From the NCBI GenBank assembly GCA_964035545.1, contig CAXIUT010000199.1:1-32032 (forward strand): a DNA stretch of 32,032 nucleotides, given 5' to 3'. This document shows, piece by piece, positions 1-11,245 of this stretch. The stretch's first letter is position 1. Every line of letters begins with the position of its first letter. A program made the translations under genes and the position numbers. The notes under the pieces were generated by a model, which was not told the DNA's origin, did not search any database, and saw only the letters and a program-made list of their open reading frames with translations. The stretch is from Bugula neritina (lineage: Eukaryota; Animalia; Bryozoa).

Positions 1-99
1 CCCAACCCCAACCCCAACCCCCAACCCCAACCCCAACCCCAACCCCAACCCCAACCCCAACCCCAACCCCAACCCCAACCCCAACCCCAACCCCAACCC
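1..99. repeat. Left telomere (CCCCAA)n, about 16 units
   Basis: C4A2 hexamer repeats at the very start (one 5-C unit); this is the Tetrahymena-type ciliate telomere repeat. Confidence 0.98.
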
Positions 100-160
100 T
101 CTTGAATGATTAATGATATAATCTTATTATAACAATTTTAAGTATATTTTTTTTGAATAA

Positions 161-1034
161 TCATTTAGAATATAATTTGTAATTCAAAATGTGGTTGATA
201 GCTTTTCATTTCTGAAAAAACCTCCTTGGAATTCTTGCTTTACTTCAAAAGGGGATTCAATAAGGAACATTGGTGTCTTAATTCCTTCTTTAACAGTTAA
301 AATTCCTTTATGATCAGTCATATCAGTTTTAACATAGCCAGGGCAGCAGAATAAACTTGAATCGCTTTTTTTATGATTTGAGGATTACGAGCTAAAGCTG
401 AATGGTACACATTGATTCCCAACTTAGATAAACCATATCCTGATTTAGGCCATCCTTTTTAGGCATAATTTCATCAATGATTCCTTGTTCAAACTCTTTC
501 ATAAGTGTGATAATTTAATCTTTAGTGATATTTTATTTTTTCCACCTCTTTTTAGTTCTTAGTTACTAATCTTTTTAAACATCATTGACCCAACTGTTGA
601 ACCAATAGTGACGACTTTTCCTTTTTAAGAGATCGAAGAAATAATCTTTTAAGTTAACTCGATAGTTCCAAAAAAATTCTAAATATCAAGAAACTTACTG
701 TTTTATTGGTATATTGGACTCCTTTGATGTCAAAGTCATCATCTTTAACAGCCACTCCAGCATTATTCACCAAACAATGGATAGAATTATATTTATCTTT
801 GACCACATTTAGGAAAGAATCTATGCTTGCGGAATCAGAAATATCTAATTTTTTTCAGTTGTATGCTGAAGCAGGATATTTGGTCAAGATCTATTTTCTT
901 GATTTTTATCCGAGTTCAATGTTGCGACATGCCATAATGACATTCCATCCTTGTTTGCTTGCTAAGTTTTCAGCAATTGCAAATCCTATTCCTTTGTTGG
1001 ATCCAGTGACAATGATATTCTTGAGAGCTTGCAT
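161..1034 (-). CDS. Carbonyl reductase-like short-chain dehydrogenase/reductase, copy A
   Basis: MQALKNIIVTGSNKGIGFAIA (TGxxxGIG), LVNNAG, GWPKSGYGLSKLG (YxxxK), CCPGYVKTDMT. One 20-nt GT-AG intron at 679-698. Several 1-nt indels relative to copy B. The stop is either TGA 184-186 as read, or TGA 161-163 if one T is missing. Confidence 0.88.
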
Positions 1035-1263
1035 CAATAGAAATTTTAAAAAATAATTTATAAATTAGAATGATTTTTTTAAAAAATTAATTGATATATT
1101 TGTCGGTATTAGATAAAATAATATTCTTATTTGATATCTTCAAATATCAAAATATGAAATTTAGATTTATTTGTATCTTCAAAGATGAATAAATATCTTT
1201 TGAATAACATCATAGATAAATAGTAACTAAAAACAAAATATAATAATAATATTTTTGAGAGAA

Positions 1264-2134
1264 TCACTTTGTAGATTAGAACTCAAAAGTTGATGATAGT
1301 TTCTCTTTTCTAAAGAATTTTCCTTGAAATTCCTCTTTTACTTCAAAAGGTAAATCAATTAAGAACATTGGAGTCATAATGCTTGATCGAGTGTCAAATC
1401 TCCCTTATGGCTGGTCATATCAGTTTGCACATATCCAGGACAACAGACATATACTTGAATTGATTTTTTTATTATCTCAGGGTAACAAGCGAGAGCTGAA
1501 TGATACACATTGATTCCCAACTTAGACACACCATATCCCCACTTAGGCCATCCTTTTTAGGCATAATTTTCATCAACAACTCCCTGTTCGAATTCTTTTA
1601 CAAGAGCTATGATTTCATCTTTTGTAATTTTATTGTTTCTCCATCTATTTTTTAGTTCTTAGTTTGTCAATCTTGTGAAAGTCATAGCTCCAGCCATTGA
1701 ACCTAGAGTCACAACTTTTCCTTTCTCAGAGATAAGAGGAATCATCTTTTCAGTGAATTCCATAGTTCCAAAAAAGTTCTAAATAAATAAATAATTACTG
1801 TCTTGTTTGTCCATCGAACTCCTTCTATTTCAAACTCACTTCCTTTAACAGCTACTCCAGCATTATTGACCAAACAATGAATAGGATTATATTTATCTTT
1901 TACCACATTTATAAAGGCATCGATGCTTGCAGAATCAGAAATATCCAACTTCTCTAAATGAACACTAGAAGCAGGATATTTGGTCAAGATCTATTTTCTT
2001 GATTTTTATCCGAGTTCAATGTTGCGACATGCCATAATGATATTCCATCCTTGTTTGCTTGCCAAATTTTAAGCAATTGCGAAGCCGATTCCTTTGTTGG
2101 AGCCAGTGACAATGATATTCTTGAGAGCTTGCAT
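1264..2134 (-). CDS. Carbonyl reductase-like short-chain dehydrogenase/reductase, copy B (tandem paralog)
   Basis: MQALKNIIVTGSNKGIGFAIA, LVNNAGVAVKG, GWPKWGYGVSKLG, CCPGYVQTDMT. 20-nt intron at 1779-1798, same position as in copy A. One apparent 1-nt deletion near 1381. TGA at 1264-1266. Confidence 0.92.
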
Positions 2135-2196
2135 TTGTTGAGAAATATCTTATCAATATAATTCCAAATCAGAATTAATTTCTTATATAAAAAGTT

Positions 2197-3352
2197 ATGT
2201 TAACTTACATCAACAAATAAGGTATAAGCTTCTTTATCAAGGATAAACTCATCTTAAAGATTTCTAATACAAAGGAACACTCGCAAGCATCACCTACAAA
2301 CACCTATGGTCACCTTTTGGGAATTGGCTTCTACAATTCATTCCTTCAACTATTGCTCCTAACACTATCACTCTCTTAGCTCTTATCATATTGACTTTAG
2401 GGCATATCCTCTTCATGGTTGGAAATGAAAAAAATTACAAAATAAAAAATTGGAAATTGATAGCCATGGCAGTATCAATATTGCTTTATCAGCATCTTGA
2501 TAACCTCGATGGAAAACAAGCAAGAAAAACAAGTATTTTTATAATAATAAAGAATCAAGTTCTCCTCTTGGCATGTTATTTGATCATGGAGCAGATGCTA
2601 TTAGCACTTTTTTGATTACATTCGAAGTGTTAGAGATATTTCAACTTGAAAATGCAAGTTTTAAAGTCCTTACTATCTTTGGAACATGCATGATTTCAGG
2701 TTATACGATGTTTTGGGCTCAATATGCTACTGGATTATTTAAGTTATAAATCGTCAACCCAGTTGATTAAGGATTACCTGGCTATGCTATATTTGCACTA
2801 GCTAATATCTTTGTATCGAAAAATTTTTGGAATACTCCTCATTGGTTCGGTCCTTATAATTTTTAAGGTGTCGTTTTATGTTTAGTTTTAGGGCTTTTTA
2901 TAGTTTTACCGATAATAAAAAATAGTTATACAGAGTCAATCCGGGATAAATCAGATATCACTAAAGCCTTAATTACACCTCTATTATTCGCAATAACCTT
3001 ATTTGCTTTGTATTTAAGTCCAAAATGCCCATATGAAAAAGCTCTATGGCCATTTTTCTATGGGATGATGTTTTCTTGGGCTTACAACGTCATCCTGATT
3101 CAAATATATCATGTAACTAAACAGCAGTATAACCCATTTAATAAAGCAACATTATCATTTCTTGGCCTATCATTGCTATATTTATTGATAGATGTTGATC
3201 CTTGGACATACTTCTTTGGTGTAGCTCTAGTTTCAGCAGCAGTATTCTTTGAATTTGTAATCAGTGTTATTCGACAGTCAGCTGATATCTTAGAAATTTA
3301 TGTTTTTTCTCTTGAAAAAGTTAAGAAAATACCATATTCACAGATATCTTGA
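2197..3352 (+). CDS. Choline/ethanolamine phosphotransferase (CDP-alcohol phosphatidyltransferase, CEPT/EPT family)
   Basis: IAPNTITL, YQHLDNLDGKQARKT|KSSSPLGMLFDHGAD (CDP-alcohol motif), NPVD(TAA=E)GLP, many hydrophobic helices. 20-nt introns at 2222-2241 and 2533-2552. Confidence 0.93.
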
Positions 3353-3387
3353 TCTTTATTATTTTATCTGCAATAAATATATTAACC

Positions 3388-3966
3388 ATGCTGCCTTATA
3401 GACTGAAACCTCCAACAAGTCACTAACTGAGATATACACAGGACTCACCTATATATTCTGAACCAACAATTGCTTTTAGTAATCGAAAACTTAAAGTAAA
3501 GGTTCAAGATGATCACCTAGAAATTAAAACCATATAAAAGTAGAGCACAAATATCAAGGAAAAAAACTATAGTCAATTCCTCTTCTTAAAAATTTACGCA
3601 TATCGAGTGATAAAATATCTATTTTGAAATCAGCTAAAAATGACTATAATGTTTTTTATGCGTAAAAAAAAGTCAAAATAAACTTATAATGATAAGGTCA
3701 TGATAGTAAATGGAGAGAAAAAGGAACCACAAAGAAGTATCTCTCATCGAAGTCAAAGAAAATAACCTTCCCAAACACTTGATAATTTCAGATATCAAAG
3801 TTTAACAATGTTAGGTAGAGGAAGTTCAATTTAAAGTCATTTTTTTACTAATATCTTATAAAGGTCATCATCTTTACAAGTTGAAGGAAAACCAAAAAGT
3901 ATGTCAACTTCAAGGTCACCAAGTAGGTATTCATCAGGTTCATAAGAAAGGCATATCAAATATTGA
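3388..3966 (+). CDS. Hypothetical Ser/Arg/Lys-rich protein
   Basis: ATG at 3388, coding-like composition and an open C-terminal frame (STSRSPSRYSSGSEERHIKY) to TGA 3964-3966. Needs indel correction around 3560-3680. No recognisable domain. Confidence 0.5.
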
Positions 3967-4162
3967 TTTAAATTATTTTCTATATTATTTTGATCTATTT
4001 GAAATGTTAGTAAATTGATTGAACTTAGTAAAATTATTTTTAAAAAATTAATTAAGAATGGTTGATCTTAATTATGATTGGTTAATTTTTGTAGGTTATC
4101 AGGAAATTATTATTTCATAGGGATCAATTTTTCCATAATTTAATTTATTTTTATTCTATTTG

Positions 4163-5979
4163 ATGATAAATCATACCGAACAGCCTCTCAACAAATAAAC
4201 AACATTTGAAAAGTGTAAACCAGTTGATATTTGTTTCAGAAATATCATCTACAGTGTTTAAGTTTAAGATAAGGAATAATCGTCTTCTTCATTACCATGT
4301 TTCAAAAATACAAACAGAAATAGCTCCTCAAGAATGTTTCAGGTATCTTTAAAGCTGGAGAACTGACTGCCATTATGGGAGCTTCAGGAGCAGGAAAAAC
4401 TACTCTTCTCAATGTGCTTGCATGTAGAGTGCCTTAAAAAAATCTCAAAGGAAACCTAACAGCCAATGGTAAGCCATACACATTCGATGATTTTGGATTT
4501 TTCGCTAACTATGTTATGCAACAGGATGTCCTTATACAGACTCTGACTGTCAGAGAAACACTTGAGTTTGCTGCTGATCTGAAATTGAATGCATCTGAAG
4601 AAGATAAGAAAGCCAAAATCGATCGATTGGCAAGAAAATTCAAATTGGAAAAATGTATTGATACTTATGTTGGAGGAGATCAACTAAAAGGAATTTCTGG
4701 TGGATAAAAGAAAAGAACATCGATTGCCTTTTAACTCATAAGTGACCCAACAGTCCTTGTCCTTGACTAACCTACTTCAGGTCTAGATTCGCTTACTTCT
4801 TTTATCATTGTTAGATATTTAAAAACAATTAGCTTCAAGAGAAGGAAAAACTATCTTCATGACTATCCATCAACCTAATCATGAAATTTATGAACAGTTT
4901 GATAAGATTATTTTGATGGTTGAAGGCAATTAATTTATCAAGGACCAGCTGTAAAGGCTGTTGATTACTTTTCATTAAATTTCGACCTAACTTGTCAATA
5001 GTTTTGTAATCCAGCTGATTATTTTATGCAAATAATGCATCATGAAGATCCAGAAAATCTTAAAAGATATCCTCGTTACTTCTAGACCTATCAAAAACGC
5101 ATACAGCCTTAAATTGAAAATGAACTTCAAAATTAATAAAAAGGAGAAGTTGTTAGGAGACAAATCGAGGTAACAGCTGGAACATCGATGAAAACTTTAA
5201 TTTATCGAGATTTTCTGAATGTTATGAGAAATCCTATGCTTATAAAGCTAAGATTCTTTCAAACAGTTATTCTTTCATTATATATGGGTGGATTATATTT
5301 TCAATTTGATGATGATTCTTAAAGATATACTGATGATTTGAATTGGAGATCTCTCACTGGATTTCTTTTTTTCTTATCTATCAATATGTTCTTTTTAGCT
5401 CTAGTGCCAGTAGAACTTGTGTTTCCAATTGAACGAGCTGTCTTTCTGAAAGAAGAAGGAGCAAAACTCTACACTACTTTTGCATACTTCATGAGTAGAA
5501 ATATTATTGAAATACCATATTCAATTGTATTTCCTCTTTTGCAGACTTTAATTCTTTATTGGTATGTTGGGCTTTCTTCAACAGTTCATCAGTTCTTTAT
5601 CTTTTTCTTGGTAGGCTATCTAGTAACAGTCAATGGAGTATCATTAGGACTTATGTTAGGTAGTATGATTAGTGATGCGAGATCAGTTTCTTCAATCACT
5701 CCTATTATTGTAATTCCATTTATTCTATTTTCTGGATTTTTCAAGAATTCCGGTAACGTACCACAATGGATAGGATGGATACAGTACATATCAACAATGA
5801 AATATTCTTTTACTGCTTGGGTTAACAATTAAGTTGATGGATTTACTCCTTCAAATATTTAAAACTTGAATTTCGATGTAAGTATGTGGCTTAGTATTGG
5901 AATACTAGCTATTCTAGCTGTTGGATTCAGATTGCTGAGTTTTTTCTTCCTTTGGTATCTCAGATCTCGGCTCTAATGA
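4163..5979 (+). CDS. ABCG (White-type) half transporter #1
   Basis: Walker [20 protein letters not shown](E)KKRTSIA, LVLD(E)PTSGLDS, TIHQP, NPADY, and a C-terminal ABC2 membrane domain. Apparent 1-nt indels near 4308, 4825 and 4929 when compared with paralog #2. Confidence 0.95.
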
Positions 5980-6017
5980 TCCATAATTCAAATATCATAA
6001 TATTATTATTTTATTAA

Positions 6018-7766
6018 TCATAAAGCATTTGTGTTTTCTTTAAGCCAGGTCAAAGTTTATTTATCGTCTTTGAGTTCAGGAGAAAGTTTATTCCACACTC
6101 TCTCATGATATTCATTGATAAATTCTACTGTTTCAGCATCAAGCAAAGATTTTTCGATTAATTTTCTATCATATGGACATAAGGTCAAGTTTTAAAAGTT
6201 GTTGAAACCTTAATTTTATCTCACTAACAACATGTTTTCAATTCTTATTCCGAATTATCCTTCACAATAGTATCCTGGTTCATTTGTAACTATCATGCCA
6301 GCTTTGAACTTTGTATGATTCATTCGACTAATACCTACTGGCATTTAGTGAACGCCAGCAAAGTATCCTACTCCATGCCCTGTTCCATGTTGATAATCCC
6401 ATCCTTTTTTCCATAGATGTCTTCTTGCTAAAACATCAATTTCAGCACCTGATAAAGATCCTTCAGGCCAATGTAGTCTTTATAAATCTAAATTTCCAAG
6501 TAAAACTCGAGTATAAGCTTATTTCTATTTAGGAGTTGGATTTCCAAAGGTGAATACTCTTGTTACATCAGTGGTGCCATCAAGATACTGTCCTCCAGAG
6601 TCAACTAAATGCAGCATATCTTTTGTAAGAATTTTACTTGACTCAGGCGAAGGTTTATAGTGTACAATAGCTCCATTTTAGCCTCCAGCACTAATAGTGT
6701 CAAAACTTAAACCTTTATTTAAAGGTTGTAATCTTCTTAGAGAGTCAATCTTTTAAGCAGCTTAATACTAAGATACAGTATTCATTTTGATCTCCAAGTC
6801 CAAAATTTAGCCATTGCGATACCATCAACCAAATGACAACGTCTAAAACCATTTATTTATTTCTGAGTACGGATTGCTCGATATAATCCAATACCGTCCC
6901 ATTAAATATATTGCTTTTATTTGATTTTGTCATATATAAAATAGTTTATTTTATCCATTGTAACCAAAGATGAAGAATCGAATTGAGGTTAATAACTTTT
7001 TACTTATATTTTTTTCTTGATTCAGATGTCTTTTAAGGACATCACATTCAAGAGAAGGATGCTATTTAGGGAGATAAAGTTTTCCTCCTTCAAGAGTGAT
7101 AACTAACATTCCTTTAAAAAATGGATTATGAGGAATTTAGTTTGATCTTATATTGAGTATCCAAGCTATTTCTGATAAATCATTAAAAATAGCAGCTTAT
7201 CCTTTCTTTTATTTGATTTTTTAACGTACCCAGACTACTTTTTCAGTCATTGGTTTTCCTGCCCATTCCTCATGAAGATATATCATTGGCATTTGAATAG
7301 TTGGTCTTTATTACCATATTTAGTCGATTAAATTTCCTTTTACAGCTTTAAAATCAATGCCTTTATCTTTAAAATATTTCATTCTTTCGATTGCAGTCTC
7401 TAATTAACATTTTAATTACTAGCAGCAATCAAAGAAGGATCAAAACCAATTGATATATCTTTGGAGTAGTTTTCTGCAATAATTTAGTTCCATTTTTTTT
7501 ATTTAGGTAACATCTTTTTGAAAGTCCATCCTTATTCTAGTTATTTTTAAGCTTGAATGAAGTATCGACTATCAGTCCATAATACTGCCTACTTTTGTGA
7601 CACGAATGTAAGTGCATTTGAACCTGTGAATCCAGATAAAAAATTTAACTCGTTAATCACTTTCAGTGAGATATTCACTTTGATGTTCATCGCTTCGAGG
7701 AAGAATGTAGCCATGAAGATTGTTGGCTGATAGTAGTTATCGTATTCTCGATAATCTTTTTGCCAT
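6018..7766 (-). CDS. Xaa-Pro aminopeptidase (aminopeptidase P, M24B; XPNPEP1/Fra1-like)
   Basis: [58 protein letters not shown](E), TNEPGYY, GIRIEN. 20-nt intron at 7400-7419. Apparent 1-nt deletion near 6785. Confidence 0.95.
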
Positions 7767-7857
7767 ATATTTGATAAATATCAGACATAATTAAAACAAC
7801 TCAAATATTATCTTTTTCAGTGAAGTTAAGATAGTTATAAATGATAATTGTTGATGA

Positions 7858-8175
7858 TCATTCGTAAGGATTTAGTTTTTTTAGTTCTTTTTCTCCATGG
7901 GCATATGAACATTGATCTTTGTATCGACAAAAGCCTCGTTCTTCAAAGTTTTTACATAATCTGGTCTTATACTTATTACTCCTAACTACGTCTTATTAAT
8001 GTTTGAATTAGCAATTATCACCTTTCTTGCATTAGTTTTTCAAAAAGTATCTGCAGACTCCTTCTCTTTCCAACCTGAAAAACTCTTCTTCCTGTCCCTA
8101 CTCACATATATTAAGTCTAAAACTAGGAGGTTTTATCTCATGTATCGAATTAAGGGACTTTTAAAGGTCCTTCAT
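7858..8175 (-). CDS. Small protein with two CCCH zinc fingers (second finger TIS11/ZFP36-like)
   Basis: VCRYFLKNECKKGDNCEFKH and KYKTRLCKNFEERGFCRYKDQCSYAHGEKEL; TGA at 7858-7860. Start codon uncertain. Confidence 0.85.
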
Positions 8176-8314
8176 TGAGTAGTTTTTTCATGTGACTATT
8201 ATTTATTCAAAATATCTATTAAGTTCAAATATCATGACTCTATTGATATTTTTAAATAGTGATAAAATTATCAATATAAAAAAGTAAATGCTGACAATCA
8301 TATTGTAATAAGGA

Positions 8315-10968
8315 TCAAATTTCTCCTTGGTTATTTAGGATTAATCTTTTATATTTATAATGTTCGAATCTTCCTCTCTTGGCTGGTGAAGCTAAATAAT
8401 TTTTACTATTCTATAAAGCTTGTTCTTCATTTTTACTTTGCTATCTGATATTATGAGTAAATGTTTTTCTGAAGTGAGGGTCTGATAGATCCATTACTAC
8501 TCGATTTTTTTCCTGTTGACTATCGACGATTTGAACGTTCTTCATTAAACTTGTTGGAGACCATCTATACAAAGTTAAGACGAGGTGCAAAACAAAATTT
8601 CATTGGTTAATCTTTTGTTTTAGAATTTGATCCATATGATCCGAAATTGAAGTTTATGATTTTAGCTGTATTTCCTTTTTTTTAATCAACTGATAAAAAT
8701 TTCTATCTTGATCCATTTGATTTTTTTGGACCCTTTCTTGTTCTAAAAATAAATTAAGATTCATTTTATTATTGTCTTTAGCATGATTCTTAAAAACCAG
8801 GTTGATATTCTTCAAGAGTATCTTCTTCTTTTTGTATATCTTAACTTGTCTTTCTGGTATTAGGTCTTGATTTATGTCTGATATTACAACGACTTACTGA
8901 CCTACATTTACCTTTTATCATCTGAAGAAGATAGTTAGCCTGATCAGGAGATAGATCATCTTCTGCTCCTTAATTATCAGAACTTCCTTAACTAAGATCA
9001 TCATCACTCTTGCGATCGAACTATTTTTTAGATTAGGCTTGCTTTATCTCTTAAAAAAGAGATTTTATTTGTTAGTTTTATATTTATGCAAAGATAGAGT
9101 TTTTTTGTGGTTTTATTTGTGGTTTAGTTATTCTTTTAGTTATTTTTCTATTATCTTTTTCTTTATCTTTTTTTCTTGCCTGTTTTTTCTAATATCTATT
9201 TTTATCAGATGTCACAAGTAGGTCAATATACTGAGCAAGTGCTACACCTGTTCGATTTCCCATTTATTTCCATTTTTCACCATTGAATGGTACATCTTTT
9301 AGGTTTTCATAGTCGAAATAAGAACCATTCGATGTTTAAATTGTATAAGATAAAGGTATTCCTAGCTTTCTCAATAAAATAGCTCGTGCTGTTGTTTGTT
9401 TCACTTGATTTATTTTGAAAATACAGCTGTAATATCTAAACATTGGAGTTACATTGCCAAGTAACTTAGGAAATATTCTTGCTTCATAGTAATAACGATC
9501 GATGATAGGAAACTATGGCCCATACATGAAGGTGTTCTTTTAGTTGAATGACCATGAAAATCTAAAAACATTAATACCTTCTCACCGAAAAATTATTTAC
9601 TTTATGTCACCAGCTTTTTAAAATGATAAACTTCAGGAAAAACTAATTTATCAGGATGTCTATACTCTCTATTGAAATCTTTTCCTGATAACCCAGTTCT
9701 ATAGTTACCAAGAGCTACACCATCAGATTAAGCATTGGTACAATCTTAAAAACTATGTGTTTTCTTAGAAGAATAGCCAACTTGGAATCACCACAGAGCC
9801 ACTCAATGAATCCTTCTATCATATGAGATCCATTAGATTAACCAGGATGAGCTCGTCCTGATATTACAATACATCTCTTTGGTACTCCTTATATTTCTTC
9901 GAGAGATTCTGTTAGTCCTTGATGTACATTCAAAAGAGGTATTTCAAGTCCTCCCAGAGAGTTACAGAGTTTAGTAACTTTAAGGAAGTTTTTAGTTTAA
10001 GGTCTAGCACTCAATGTGTGAATATATTCTGTTAGTCGTGTATAGGAGTAAGGGATACAGTATGCTATTTGAATTTAATCTTGATCATATTGAGTATAGT
10101 ATTCAAAAGAAAGTCTATACATTTGTCTGATATCGAAATCATACAATCTTTGCAGCGTTAAGGGATTTCTTTTCAAACGATGGTTCTATCCATCTTGCTA
10201 CCATGATACCTTTTCTTTCTTGTATTTTTGCTATGAATAAATGTACGGTTTCATTCCTCTAGCAAATAAACATTTATCTTTCTGAAAGTTGCATATATTT
10301 ATTTTATACTTCAATAATCTTTTCCATCCCTTTACTTTAAAGTTGAACCACTGCAGATGTCCAGAAGTGTTACTATCGACTCGCATAAAACAGTCATACT
10401 ATCTTTATCCTATCTGCATGACACAATCAAGATTTCCTCCTTAGAAAAAGGAATCAAAAATCAAGCCATCTTCAGCCTACCAATGCTGTCCACAGAAAGG
10501 TCTATTGGTAAACTTCATGTCATTTGGAGCTTTGATGTGATTATATGGAAATGAAAAGCTCTTATCATACCAAGAATAGTAGGTATTTTCGTAACGAGGA
10601 CCAAGGTAGACTATCCTTGATTTATTTTTTGGTTGTTTAAGTGCTTTTTTTATGAGATTATCGAACCTTTCGGTTTAGAATATAATTGGAATGGGAGATG
10701 GAAGGTCGAGTTTTTTTGTTCCAACTATGTTAAATGAAAAATACCCAGTTTAAATATCAGGCTTGAGTGAATATGTTTTATCTTTAATCTACTGTGGAGG
10801 TGGAATCTTGAATTTAACTTCTTCTTTCAGGTTCTATAGATTCTATTCTTCTTTGATTTATGGTATAATTAGCTGTTCGTGGGTGATCTCTTACTCAGAA
10901 GAGAATCCATCATCGATGATTTTATCCTAGTCATCTTTTTCTACTTTGGGATTTTATTATTTATTCAT
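8315..10968 (-). CDS. Cytosolic carboxypeptidase (M14D, CCP/AGBL/Nna1 tubulin deglutamylase family)
   Basis: FDSFF(E)GGNL, QWFNF, AYCIPYSY, GRAHPG(E)SNGS, PMLN[P]DGV-LGNYR, DFNR, LDFHGHS, SYTI(E)TS. 1-nt deletions near 9725 and 9540. The stop is TGA 8427-8429 as read, or 8315-8317 with one more shift. Confidence 0.93.
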
Positions 10969-11245
10969 GACTTTATATTTATTAATCATATCATCATTGT
11001 AATAGTTAGTAAAATATCAAAATAGATTTTATTTACATTCATCATATTCAATATATATTCTTATACGAATATACTATCTGCTATTATTGTGATATAAAAC
11101 AAAAAAAAAATAGAAGAGACAGGAATATGAACTTCAAAAAGAACAAGAAATACTAAACTTATGAATTTAAATTATTTTTTTTCATAGTCAAAATATCAAA
11201 TAATTGGTGATTAATCAAAGAGATAATCTTTTTATAAATTTATTA

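Noticed and set aside
855-857. In-frame TGA in SDR-A as readthrough (Trp/Cys/Sec)
   Set aside because: A local -1/+1 shift gives SIQLKK, which matches the paralog SVHLEK better. The conserved Trp codons I checked elsewhere are TGG.
8176-8235. Upstream in-frame ATG separated from the CCCH ORF by TGA-A
   Set aside because: There is a one-in-three chance of being in frame, no homology support, and no other evidence for sense TGA.
180-9730. Many frameshifts (SDR-A/B, ABCG1, APP, CCP) as pseudogenes, RNA editing or programmed frameshifting
   Set aside because: They are single-base changes, mostly deletions in homopolymers or doublets. They hit invariant motifs (NPDG near 9725) in otherwise intact genes and cluster in the left 10 kb, which is typical of low-coverage long-read error.
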